From: Squalus acanthias
Lineage: Eukaryota
Direction of reading: 5' to 3'
Length of the DNA stretch: 64,000 nucleotides
Assembly: GCA_030390025.1 (NCBI GenBank)
Contig: CM059432.1
Span: 136,898,001-136,962,000, forward strand
This document shows positions 49,771-62,703 of this stretch, piece after piece. The first letter of the stretch is position 1, and the number at the start of each line of letters is the position of its first letter. The notes under the pieces are model-generated. The model made no database searches and was not told where the DNA came from. It saw nothing but the letters and a program-made list of their open reading frames with translations. The position numbers and the translations under genes are program-made.

Positions 49771-52029
49771 AGAAATTCGATTGCGCAGCGCTGGTTTATC
49801 GGGTGAGAAATGGGCCCAGCCCGCGTCTAAAGTGCGCTGCACGCCCTATTGGTTAGGGTGCACCGTAGTCGTCCAGCGAGTCCGACTGAAACAGACATTG
49901 GACCCGTTGCCTAATGCAAATCGAGGGCCTAGCACCCGTTTCAGGCCCCTTTGCCAGATTGGATCGCGTGGTCAGTTTTCTCGGGCACATAGCTGCCAAA
50001 CCAGTGGAGTGGTCTTTAAAAGAACAGCTGGAGGCAGCCGTCAAAAAAATCAGCACAAAAATGTCATGCCTGCCTGAATGTGGAGTCAGGAAGAGCTAGT
50101 TGTGATACACTGTGTGGTACACTTTGAATCCTGAACTGAAATTCTCTTTGAAGTCTCCAGTCTTAAAAGTGCTTGCAATACAAGTACGCTGTATGATGAC
50201 GATATATTTTGGAAGCAAGTCTCCCAGATGGCAAAATAAATTATGTTCGCTGTCTATCAATATTATACATATTAATCAAAGATAATGAGATACATAAACT
50301 AAGACGCATTGGCACTTATAAATAAGAAATATAGAAAGACTACATGTACAGTAATGCATGCATGAAAGGAGATAGATGAGTACATGATCATATTGAGGAG
50401 ATTGAGAAGATGCCATAACTATAAAAGCCAAGCTGAGAGCTTTATGAATGTCATTTGAAGCTGATATTGGATTACACTCATAAAGTCCTCTCCATCACCT
50501 TCTTTTTATTCAGTCTATTAAACTGGGGCTCTGATGAGCACAGGCCAGTATGTGTACGCACACACACACACACACACACACATACATATGTGACTATCCC
50601 TGCACTCTTAGTTTTTTCTGTCCCTTTGCATTCCCCATCTTCTTCTACTTGGCAAATTTCCTCCTCCTCCTTGTTACATTTCTGGTAGCAGAAGTACTTG
50701 AAAAAGATGAGTGAGATTTCATTTCTAGGGGGGTGTAAATCTGATTACACACAAAACGGAAGCCAAAAAGTTGAAATTTAGTAATACAAGTTAAAGAACA
50801 TCGATGTACCATCAGGGCATAAAGACACATTGCCCCTTCCCCCACCCAAATACACCATATCAACCAGATATTTCATCCATATCTAATCAACCTACCAACA
50901 CTGGCCCTTCTGCCGCACTCCAGACTTTCTAGACCACCAAGCATGACAAAAGGTGTGTGCTCCCTACAGCAAACCACCCAAAATCACAGGCTTTTATAGA
51001 TTAGGAACTGGGTGATGTCCCTCTCCCTTAGAACACAAGTGAATTAAATAACTGAAAAAAGACCACTTATCTTTATTACCGTGGCTCCATTCAGAGACAC
51101 CTCACATTGGAAGGTAAACCTTTGCCACAATATCAATCACACATGTACAAAGGGGCATTTTGTCGCAGTGTAGGATTATTTTCAATATGAAATGGTCCAC
51201 ACCTGAGCATTCCACCCCAACCTGCCTCAATCTCAGTTAATTTGGGTGCTCGATGCTGACCCTTATATTGCGTCGGCTAAAATACCCTAAAGTACATTGG
51301 ACAGCTCGCATTTACAAAGTTAATCTGAAAGATATTGCCTGCTTAAAAATAAATATGCATAATGTCTAAAGTTTGTCATACACCTTTTTTTTTAAATAAG
51401 ATAAAAAGAACCCTCTAGTTCAGAACAGGTTAGATTTACACAGATACATTCTTTGTGAAAATAATATAGGCAAGTGCAAGACTCAAAAAGACTAGTCCCA
51501 AAAACTAATACCCCTCAATCACCCACTCCCCCCAAATATCTACCCAATTCTATCTTAAATGTTTCCACACTGCCTGCCTTCCCTGGGCAGTCCATTCCAC
51601 AAGTTCATCTCCTTCCACTGTTGGTGTACATTCCCTTTGATAGCAATGGTATCAGATCATTTGAAATAAATCATCTTTGTGCAACAGAGGATAATAGAGG
51701 ATGGGCGAGTATGTTTACAAGGAAAGAATCCACGCCCTCACTAAAACATCACTGCAAGATTACTAGAATTTAATGTGCAATGGTTTATTGGGAATTGAAT
51801 TGAATTTGCTCCGTGTATTATTATACTTCAATCTTATCATGTAGTAGAACTTCTTTTAAAATTCACAGAGTTGTTATGCACTCCTTTCAACAATTAAGAT
51901 TTGATACATTGATTTTGCATTGCTTTGTTGTCACATTTTACTCTTGTACGCTTAAAGCTCTGCCTGTGCTCCTGAATCAGTACTTTGGGATTGTGTACAA
52001 GCAACGGCAAACAGATAATTATTTGAAAT

Positions 52030-52432
52030 AACAACAGAAAATGCTGGAAACACTCCGCAGGCCAGGCAGCAACCGTGGAGAGAGAAACAGAGTTAACGTT
52101 TCAGGTCTGGGACCCTTTGTCAGAACTGGAAAAAGCTGGAGATGTAACAGATTTTAAGCAGGTGCAGAGGCAGGGAGAGGGCGGAAGGGGGGGGCGGGGG
52201 TGGTGGTGGGAGGGGAGGAAGGAACTGAAGGAACATTCTGTGCTAAGGTAGGAGGCAGGAAAGATAAAATGTTGCAAATGGGGATGGCAAAATCATACTG
52301 CCTGAAGAATGGGGGCAGGGGTTATAGTTTGAAGTCTGAAGTTGTTGTACTCGATGTTGAGTCCAGAAGGCTGTAAAGTGCCTAATTGAAAGATGATGTG
52401 CTGTTCCTCGAGCTTACGCTGAGCTTCATTGG
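52030..52432 (-). mobile_element. Penelope-like fragment: GIY-YIG C-terminus plus pLTR with hammerhead motif
   Basis: Minus strand ~52432-52335 reads NEAQRKLEEQHIIFQLGTLQPSGLNIEYNNFR. 52126-52092 reads GTT-CTGACAA-A-GGGTC(cca)GACCT-GAAA-CG-TT-AAC. Confidence 0.8.
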
Positions 52433-52670
52433 CATAATTATTTGACTTTGATTTTCCACTGTGTTAATGATGATATTTATTGAGTTATCCCTCTAAATCC
52501 TAGCATGCATATAAGTGCAAGTTTTTTTTTAAATTCTAGGGTGTCCATAATTTTTGGAGAGTTCGCTCCAATGCACATTTGGTACTCTCTTAGAATTTCA
52601 AGCACAGATCAATGAAATCTGTAACCAAAGTTTTCTAGCATTTGATAGCGCTATTCATTTAAGAAATATG

Positions 52671-53564
52671 GGGGGAGAAATTCAGTATCGCCCCATTTGG
52701 GGCGCAATTATCGGCCGGGCGCAAAGATTAGCGCCTGCCGATAATTATCACCACCGACTGCAAACTTGACTTTTATCGCCCCTGGAGGTGATTGGAGCGC
52801 TAAATCAGGCGCTGCACACCTGTCTTAAGGCGCAAAGGCCGAGGAGCGAGGCGATACCTCAGAGCTCTGGTGAAGCTCATGTGATGTCAGTCAGCAATGG
52901 AACACACACACAATGGCGCGGGCCAGTCCTAAAGGGGAGGGTTGATCTTGCTTTCCATCCACATCCTGCTCATTGCAGCCTTGAATCTCGGCCTGGAGAG
53001 ACCTGCACATCAAATCTGCTGGAAAGAACAATGGAGAGTACCAGGGAAAGAGCTCAGAATGCAGCCCCCACAGTCTCTTCTAAATCGATACAAGGAAGGG
53101 CAAATCAAAATGAACCTGCAAAGTGCTGCTCAGTACCCAAAACTCCTTCACACACCGTTGAATCTCTCCAGAAGTCTCTCTCTCTCTCTCTCTCAGAATG
53201 CGTGGTTCAAAAATGTCACCAACAATAAAAGGCAGGAAGCGGTCGCCTTTAAATAGCGCTCCCCCAGTCCCTTCCTGACTGCAAAACACTCCACTCAAAC
53301 CGTCGTTGCTAGCGGCAGGCGGTAAGGCAGGGGGTGCCACTCAATATCCGCTCCGGGGCGATACTGGGGCGTTGCGAACTCGACTGACGTCACGATCTGC
53401 CGGCGCAGGAGATGGTGGCGGTAGTGTTTAGTGCCGCCGCAAAATGTCTAGTTAATTTCGTGAGCGGCGCAAACATCGCCGCACCCGGGCGCTAGATGCT
53501 TTGCGCCCCATTAGCGCCCTCTTAAGGCGCTAACGGGAGGCGCAACCAACTGAATTTTTCCCCC
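52671..53564 (+). mobile_element. Harbinger-type MITE (894 bp)
   Basis: TIR GGGGGAGAAATTCAG / CTGAATTTTTCCCCC, TSD atg/atg. Confidence 0.92.
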
Positions 53565-54489
53565 ATGTTTTTTTAAATTTCCAGTTAGGTAAAAGGCAAT
53601 TGGGCACCACAGAGTGTTGAGATGTAGATCTCTGCTGCCCATAATTTCTCACACAGCGAGTTCCCTATCTCAGCCCTGCCACTGTGGGGAAACACCAGGG
53701 CAAGGTCAGATTCTTTCCCACAGGAAGAGAAAAGTAAGCCCAGGCTGTTCTCAGATTCCAAGGCATTGGGCTATGGAACTGAACAGCGCACTGATTGTCT
53801 TCAAGCCAACCGGTCAGTCATGGAAGATGAATGGTACAAAAGCGGAAGAAGATAATACAAAAACAGTTTCCAATGAGCTAGGATCTGTAGGGCTAATAGC
53901 ATTGTTTGATCATAAGCACCAACAGTGTAATGCATGCACAGGTATGTCATTGTCTGAGTTTATGTAGCCTATTATTTTTTTTGCTAACTGCATAATCCTG
54001 ATGGACAGGATCTATAATTAACCAGGATAATTTTGTCAACAGGAGACATAATTCCAAAGTATATAATTACACAGTTTTCCTATTTCTGAACATTTAGGTA
54101 AGAATCTGAATGTCAAACAGGAGAGAAATGAAATCAATTGAAGATTCTGAATGCAGATTATAGTCATTTCGGACTGGAGAACAAACATGTTCTGGAGAAT
54201 CAATTTACGGTGATTATTTGTTTACTAATAGTTTTTTTTTACATTGCATCTGCTGCTAATTTTTACTCAGAAAAGATGAAACTGAAATGGTGACTGTACC
54301 ATTTAGTGTAAAAGGTGTGTGAAATTAATCAAAGAAGAATAGGGCTTTACTATCAAGGAGCTGATAACAAAAGTGGATAATTACCTGGTAGATGAAATCA
54401 TTGCAATTTTTGTGTTACCTTTGGATCCCAATGTTATACAAGGTGCTCAATTTGTGAGAGGTTGGAGTTATTCAATCACACAAGGATAG

Positions 54490-54812
54490 GAACATAGGAA
54501 CAGGAGGAGGCCATTCAGCTCCTTGAGCCTGTTCCACCATTCAGTTAGATCATGGCTGATCTGTATCTTAACTCCATCTACCCGCCTTGGTTCCGTAACC
54601 CTTAATACGCTTGCCGAACAAAAATCTATCAATCTCAGTTTTGACATTTTCAATTAACCCCCAGCCCAACAACTTTTTTGGGGGGCGGAGGTGGGGAGGG
54701 GAAGGGTTCCAGATTTCCACTACCCTTTGTGTGATGAAATGCTTCCCGACATCACCTCTGAATGGCCTGGCTCTAATTTTAAGGTTATGTCCTCTTGTTC
54801 TGGACTCCCTCG
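54490..54812 (-). mobile_element. CR1 3' fragment
   Basis: ESRTRGHNLKIR..FITQRVVEIWN and tail. Confidence 0.85.
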
Positions 54813-56863
54813 GGATGACAAACATATGTTGCTAGCACCATTGAAATATTTAATGTCTATTTTATACTGGCAATGGGCAAACTATGGAGACTTAAAGGAA
54901 GTCCAAACCAACTGATCCCAAGTCAATATTGGCCTCACTATCTAAATCCAAACTGCTAAATCTATGCAGCAAAGTGCAGCATCTAACCCCAAGCAAACTC
55001 ACCTTAATACTAGCCCCCAAAGTAAGAATGACCTTTACAGATCTCCTGAAGATCAGCTTTCTTTCCTGCTGCAAGGATTACCAGCTCCAGTATCCTTGTT
55101 TTCAACTTCTGTCCCATTGTGCATTTCAGGATACCAAATCAATGGCTAAAGGCTTCCCCTCACTGGGTGATCCAGGATTAAAGATGCAAACTTAAGTGGT
55201 CGCATAAGGTTTCATGCATTGGACATCCAAGGATCCCAAGTGGATGGCTGAAAACCTCCAGTGTCAGATGAACAAGATTTTGCCCAGTCTCTCAATGTTT
55301 CTGGGAATGCGTCTCAGTACTTCCCAAGTGATGATTCAAGACTTATTCATAATTCTGAGAGGGAAGCAAAATCGCATGATATTCCATCATTTTTTCATAG
55401 GAAATGGCAAAATCGTGCAGGATTTTAATTAAAGGAGCCAGAACGGATTTTTCGAAGGCAATGCTTGGTTGTATTGAAGCGCTGAAGTTCGGATTAATTT
55501 TGGGCTAATTTCCATTCTCGTACCTAATGCACATAAGTGACTTCTAAAGAAGCACTATTCATTAGTTGAGTTTGAGTGTGTCCCTGATAAACAATCCTTT
55601 TCTAGAGCATGTAAATTGTCCTTCAGCAACATGCACTTACAAAATGAAATGCATTGCTAAGGCAGTTAGAATGTAGAACTATTGTCGTGCACTCATCCAA
55701 CGCAATTTCATGTAATGCACTCGCAAGGACACTTTGTTCTGTTTTTAAAAGGAAGCTATAGTTTTTACCTCACCAAAAAAACTGATTTACCTAGTCTTCC
55801 TTCCCTATCCCCTTAGCACAGTCACAGTCTAGTAGAAGATTAATATTTCAGAACTTGTCATGGGCAGTTTCCCTTGACTCTGTCACTGCCTATGTCTGAC
55901 AAGCTATTTATCATGCTGCTAAGTGTCAGCATTAAATTATCCCTGCTGTTATGACAGCAACATTATTCATCAGGATTACAGCCCTAGTACAAGGGTTGCT
56001 TACAGCTGTTACCATCTTCAGTGCCTTATCGATCTCTTTTTCTTTCTTATACACAATGGGGCCATCAACATAGAATTTCACCTTTTGCATGTTGATTTTG
56101 TGTGTGTGTGTGTGTGTGTGTGTTTCTAACTGGTGGCTTTTTCTCAAAATTTCTATCAAAACATAAATTAAATCAAAGTATCGATAGCGCTGAATGAGAC
56201 CAATGCACAAATGTGGTAATATCAATCAAGGAAACAGTTAGTAATATTATTAGTTAGCAGTATGAAGGCACTCTCCCAAGCAGTTACGTCAATAGAAGGA
56301 CTGCGAATAATTCAAGACACCGAGAGTACTTTGAATATTTCATCCGTCTGCCATGATAAAATTATTCTAATCCATCTACTTTGGAAATTGTGACGATTCA
56401 AAGAGCCTGTTTTAATACTTAGCAATGCACACAAATCAATGGTACTCTTGAAAGGGGTGCCTTGACAAAAAACAAACGATTGCCTCATTTTCCATTTACA
56501 TGGTGGTGTGCAAGAACTAGACAATGCAAGTACGAGGTACCTGTTAGATAGTTAGCATTTTTTTGTGCAGATGTTTAGGAACTCCCCTTTTGTAAGACAT
56601 GCCACAGCAACTGTAGTAAGAGAAATGCAAATTTAAAGGGGAAGTTCTTTACATGTTCTGCCGTATTAGCTTAATAGGGATGGCTGGGTAAAGGCAACAC
56701 TTTGCTTAACAATTAAGTGTTCCTATTCAGAGGCTTCATTTGTGTTAAGAGCTTGATATAGGTGTTAGATATCATTCTGCTGCTCGACGTCCTGTTGTTG
56801 TTCCTCATCGGTATCACATACTGAAGCAAGATTAAAATATTGCACACCTTACTGATACAGAAT

Positions 56864-57083
56864 GGGCTGGATTTTGCCAATGGGGAGCTTTTGGAGGCGG
56901 GTCTCCCACTTGTCGGGTTTCAGTCCCACCTCCATCAACTTCTGGCCAACTCACGCTATTTTCCCTTGATTGACCTTGTTAACCACCTGTTAACAGGCAG
57001 TTAAGTGGCTGTAATCCCTTCCTGCCTCCAAGGAGACGGGACCCGGCGCGGACAGCTTCCCGCCTCCTGGCAAAATCCAGCCC
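56864..57083. mobile_element. Short Harbinger-type MITE (220 bp)
   Basis: Perfect 16-bp TIR GGGCTGGATTTTGCCA, TSD aat/aat. Confidence 0.92.
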
Positions 57084-59619
57084 AATCATACAGTCTAACA
57101 GAAATAGCTACAATACCATTTAACTTGCCATTTTATAGAACTTGCTTATGATGCGAGTAACTTTGTTTATGCTCCTCAAAATCTCATTCTCAATAACTTT
57201 CTTTTGCTCTGCTTTCCACAGTGGGTTTTCAATAATTGTTTTGATTTTTTAAAATTCTGCTGTTCAAGCAGTTGTAATTTGTACATTCTCTGCCTGTCAT
57301 GTGACGGGATACTTCAAACACCGTCACTCCACAGGGGAAGGGTGAAAACTACAACTCCCTGGAAGGCATCTGCTTCACATACAGAATTTGTCAATGGGTA
57401 CTTTTCGATTTAAAGTGTCACATGATTTGCGCTGTCATGGTGCATTCTGGCCTTTCAATTACTACAGAAGCAGGGTGAAAATTACAGCTCCAATGCTGCA
57501 TTTTTCTCACACACCAAAATTGAAAATTCCCTGTACCCAAGGCCCAGGTGAAATTTTCAATTCCTGGACTGAAGTAGAACTCAAGTCCCAGGTCCAGGCT
57601 AGAGGGGTAGACCTATATGGAGAAGAGTTTTTGTATGTATTTCTGACATTAAATGACCAATGTTATGGGTATTTTAAGTGATTTTTTTAAACACGGTGCA
57701 GTTAATTTCTGGGGCCTCAGATGATGTCCCTTTGATGACGTCACTTCCGGGTAAGCTCATCTGATGATGTCACTTCCTCCTGCAAAGTGTGTCACAGTGA
57801 CATCTCTGAGACATAAAAATAGCAGCCAATAACAGTATGAAGAAATTATTTGAGTAATGTAATTGGGTGGTTTCACACTTGCTTGTTATTGGTGAGAAGC
57901 TTTAATATCTGTCCAGTGAAAGGAACTGATTTATGATTGGCTCAACTATGCCATTTACCAAATCTGAAGCATTAGTTATTTGAGCCAAATCGTGAGATTT
58001 GCTTTTGCCCTTTGGATAACAACTCACAATGGACCAAAGACCTTTAATTATGTAGATGTTTAAAAGGAGAATTATTGCTGCTTCAGGGAGGTAGAGAGTT
58101 GAAGTGAGGGCTGCATCATTTTCATCATTGGAGTCTCACAATAACACCAGTTGCAAGCTGCAAGATGATACTTTGGATACTATAATGTTCTGAGGATGCA
58201 AGTGATATGATATATTCTATGAATGAAGCATATCACTCAATCGTAAATAAATAGAGAAATAGCATTCTCAGCAATTTCACATGGGCAGTGATACCCCTTT
58301 AATATTAAACAGAGTACCATTCTAAGATTGCATCCTTCAATCAGAAATTACACAATTATGGAGATGCAAATACCATAATTAAAGCACGTGATCTGTTATC
58401 ACTCATACCACCAGTCTCATTTGCTCCAGGACTTTCTTTATGCAAAGAGGTGGTATTCAAGCAGCAAATTGTAGTATATAAGGTGAGCGTAGAGATTTGC
58501 CAATTTCTCCCAGGATGTTGGTCTGCATCAGAGCACTTTCCCTATCAATTACACTGATCTCTAGTCACTGTCTGCTGGTTAACTACTGTTAAACGCTAAT
58601 ACCGTTCCACAGAGAACTTCTAGTTTATAACACTGCAACTTTTGTTAACAGCGCAAATATGTTTTGGTATTACAGGATCAGTCTAATAACTTTTCAAAAG
58701 CATTCTTTGAAGCACATTTTTATTAAAACTGTGGCTTTAATAGCTTCCATCTGCTTAAAATTCCGACTGGCTGTCACCATTCCTTCAGAGATTCAAGAGG
58801 AAAGTGTACCCTTTTAGAAAAGCAAATTCAATTTTTACAAGCTAAATGCTCTGGCAAAGGTTTTGAACCACAGGATTCTGCATCCTGAGGAAATCCAGCT
58901 TTTAACATGGCATTTCTTTACTATGAAGGAGACTCAGTGGTACCTCCCTCATAGTAGAAGCTCAGCAAAGAATGATACCATTGTAACTCAGCTCAGCTCT
59001 TGCAGCCAGAGCGAAAAAATTCTGCTATGAATTTTTTTTAATATAAAACGTATATTTATACAAAATATAAAAAAAAGATACCGCAAAAGCTTTTCATGGA
59101 TTCTGTCTCATTGAAAAAAATACCTCAATTATTATTCTACCACTCTCTGGTATTGAACCCAACTGGTGATTCTTTGCAAGGGGGGTGGGGGGTGGTGGCA
59201 GGGGTGAGGTGGAGGAGAGGATGGAGTATCGCTCGTGATTGTTGGCAGGCTGTTGAATCATTGAGTCACAGCATAGTCGAAATCCTGTCCTCATTTAACA
59301 TCCACGCGTATGCACTTCCAGCAGAAGCATTGGATAGAGATCAGGAGCAAGACCTTTGGCTGATTTTTCCCCTCAGTACCTCAGAAGCACGGAAGCCAAC
59401 TGTACCACCCGGACCTCCGCCCCCAACACAAATCTGCACAGACTCCAGGATCAAACACGGGACCTTTCCTGGTCTGCTTTCACACTGGGCAGTTTACCAA
59501 CTGAGCTAAAGGTGGTGAATCTCTGAAAGCTATGAATCCTCAATTCAGATTCGAAGAAGAAAAAAAATCAAATTTAATGCCTTTGCAAAACATGGAGTTG
59601 TCAGTATTCACACTGCTAT

Positions 59620-60350
59620 CAAGGAAAGGGAATACACATTAAATGGTAGGACACTGAGGAACAAAGGGACCTTGGAGTGCATGTCCACAGATCCCTGAAG
59701 GTAGCAGGCCAAGTAGATAAGGTGGTTAAGAAGGCATACGGAATGCTTGCCTTTATTAGCCGTGGCATAGAATACAAGAGCAGGGGGGTTATGCTTCAAC
59801 TGTATAAAACACTAGTTAGGCCTCAGCTAGAGTACTGCGTGCAGTTCTGGTCACCACATTACAGGAAAGATGTGATTGCACTAGAGAGGGTACAAAGGAG
59901 ATTTACAAGGATGTTGCCGGGAATAGAGAATCTTAGACATGAGGAAAGACTGGATAGGCTGGGTCTGTTTTCCTTGGAACAGAGGAGGCTGAGGGGAGAC
60001 CTTATTGAGGTGTATAAAATTATGAGGGGCATAGATAAAGTGGATAGAAAGGACCAGGGGGCACAGATTTAAAGTAATTGGTGGAAGGTTTAGAGGGGAT
60101 TTGAGGGGAAATTTCTTCACCCAGAGGGTTGTGGGGGTCTGGAACTCACTGCCTGAAAGGGTGGTAGAGGCAGAAACCCTAACCACATTTAAAAAGTACT
60201 TGGATGTGCACTTGGATGCTCTAACCTGCAGGGCTACGGACCAAGAGCTGGGAAGTGGGATTAGGCTGGATAGCTCTTTGTTGGCCGGCGCGGACACGAT
60301 GGGCCGAAATGGCCTCCTTCCGTGCTGTAACTTTCTATGATTCTATGATT
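59620..60350 (+). mobile_element. CR1 3' fragment, same young family as 6272-8212
   Basis: Near-identical protein (VHRSLKVAGQVDKVVKKAYG...) and 3' UTR, with two short internal deletions. Confidence 0.93.
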
Positions 60351-60427
60351 ATCACCATAGTCAGCTCATTAATATTCCATTCTAAATGCTAGGGGTTTGC
60401 TTACATGTACATCAACCAGTTTGAATA

Positions 60428-60852
60428 CAACAACAATTTGCATTTATATAGCACCTTTAACGTAGTAAATACATCCCAAGGTGCTTCACATGAGCGATAT
60501 CAAACATTAGGAATATTAGGACAGGTGACCAAAAGCTCGGTCAAAGAGTTAGGTTTTAAGGGGCGACTTAAAGGAGGAGACAGAGGGAGAGAGGAGAAGT
60601 TTAGGGAGGGGATTTCAGAGCTTAGGGTCTAGGCAGCTGAAGGTACAGCCGCCAATGGTGGAGCGATGGAAATCGAGGATGCGCAGGAGGCCAGAATTGG
60701 AGGAGTGTAGAGATCTTGGAGGGTTGTAGAGCTGGAGGAGTTTACATTGATAGGGAGGGGCAAGGCCGTGGAGGGATTTGAACACAAGGATGAGAATTAA
60801 AAAAAATTGAGGTGTTGCCGGACCGGGAACCAATGTAGGTCAGAAAGCACAG
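60428..60852 (-). mobile_element. L2 3' fragment
   Basis: Reverse-complement match to 49330-49770. Confidence 0.85.
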
Positions 60853-60867
60853 CAAATCAAGTGACCT

Positions 60868-61075
60868 GACTAATATTTATCCCTCTACCAACAGATCAGA
60901 TGTTCTGGTCATTATCTCATTGCTGTTTGCGGGAGCTTGCTGTACGCAAATTGGCTGCCAAGTTTCCTACATTTTAACAGCAACTACACTTTAAAAAGTA
61001 CTTCATTGGCTGTGAAGCATTTTAGGGCATCCTGAGGTCGTGAAAGGCGCTTTATAACTGCACGTTCTTTCTTTT
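60868..61075 (+). mobile_element. DeuSINE-like 3' fragment
   Basis: aatatttatccctc...ggcgctttataactgcacgttctttc. Confidence 0.75.
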
Positions 61076-62189
61076 ACTGCCACTACCCTAGGCCTACCAC
61101 CATCTTTCACCAGTCAGTCCCAGGGAGCGACAGTAAGAAGGGTGGAGGACAGGAAAATCTAACAGGAACCTTGGCCATGCCCTCCTCAATGACATTTACA
61201 TGAGGCCGGGAGGGAATGGGTGGCCAATGGCGGTTGTGCCAAGGGCAGGGGGAAGGGACGTTTTGCTAGGTCTTACCACCTGATTCTGCCCCCTTTTCCA
61301 CTGCTATCCCAGCCTATTCTGGGCCGGACAGTGGAGGAAAATCCAGCCCTTACTATCAAGGCTCACATTATAATGAATGGCCACTTGTACAATATCCTGC
61401 ATGCCGACTGGCCCAGGGACCCTTACCCAGGAAAGAGGAAAAGACGGCAGAAGGGAAGGGGCGAAAACCAGCAAGGTAAATTGGTGGAAAGGAAAACCAT
61501 ATTGCAAATAGTAACACTTAAATCATGTTTCGAACATTTGTGGCTGTATTTATGTAGGTATTCAGAGCGCTCGCTTCTGGGGCTACAGAGCTGGACTGAA
61601 TGATGCAGCTTCTATGCTCAACCTCATACAGCCCTGTGTCTCATCATATTCAATGGATCCCTCAGCCAATTTCACTGTATAAAATTAATTAACTGTCTTC
61701 AGGAATTGACATCCAATGAGCCAAGTGACATGATGAGAATGGTTGTCCTTATACAAAAGCAGATTACCAATTAACTTTTTATCATATGGTATCCCCCCAC
61801 CACCCCTCCCCCTCCTCTTTTCTCAGTCCGATTCCATTCCGTTTCACTGGTGTGATGAAATGTATTATTTAAAACCTCAGCAGCTCTATCCAATTAATCT
61901 GAAGCAGGACTGTCCACAAATGCATTTATCAATAAAACCACTAAGAATACGATAAATCACCAAGTAAAATATGTCGCTCTCTGCGGCCAATAAAATCCTG
62001 CCCATTGACGTGGAACAACATCAATAGCTATAATTCAGTGATCAAAACAATAACTTCAATTACCTCATTTCAACAAATACTAATATTTCACTGTATTGTT
62101 TGTCAATGAGATCAATGTGGCCAATTGGTATCCATATTGGCAGCATTTAATGCAGCAAGGCATTCAGAGTATCATTCCACAACGAGTCT

Positions 62190-62330
62190 CCTCAGGTTAA
62201 GGGGAGATTTGACAGAGGCGTTCAAAATCATGAAGGGTTTGGATAAAGTAAATAAGGAGAAACTGTTTCCACAGGCTGAAGGGGAGGTAACCAGAGGACA
62301 CAGATTTAAGGTCATTGGCAAAAGAACTTA
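62190..62330 (+). mobile_element. CR1 internal fragment
   Basis: RLRGDLTEAFKIMKGLDKV..TRGHRFKVIGKR. Confidence 0.8.
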
Positions 62331-62703
62331 AACGTACCCCCAATGGCCCTCTTTGTACGGGAGGGGTGTCATTTCAAAATATATTTTTTATTCCATTTTT
62401 CTTTGGGAGGCCAAACTAAAAATCATAGCCTGGACCCCTGGAGTGGGCCCCACTTCCACTGTTTGGCACACATTTTTGTGGCTTACTCCCATAGACTCCC
62501 AGCGGTCTTTCGCTCCTTTGCTGCTTCTGATCCAGGAGATTTTGGTAACTCAGCCTCATTAACTTTGTGTGGTTTTCTCTTCCGCCACACTCCAATGCCC
62601 TGCCCCCTTTTTTACGTGCCTCGGCCTCCTCCACTTGAAGACATGTTTTATAAAAGTGCCGTAAAATCTCAGATGAGCCATCTACTCTACATACCTGACC
62701 CAC

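Noticed and set aside
54840..55440. Coding-like ORF cluster
   Set aside because: Short, broken by stops, no recognisable motif or splice frame. Possibly an old repeat.
61081..61349. Another Harbinger MITE ending AAAATCCAGCCC
   Set aside because: Only one terminus is visible, with no matching TIR or TSD.
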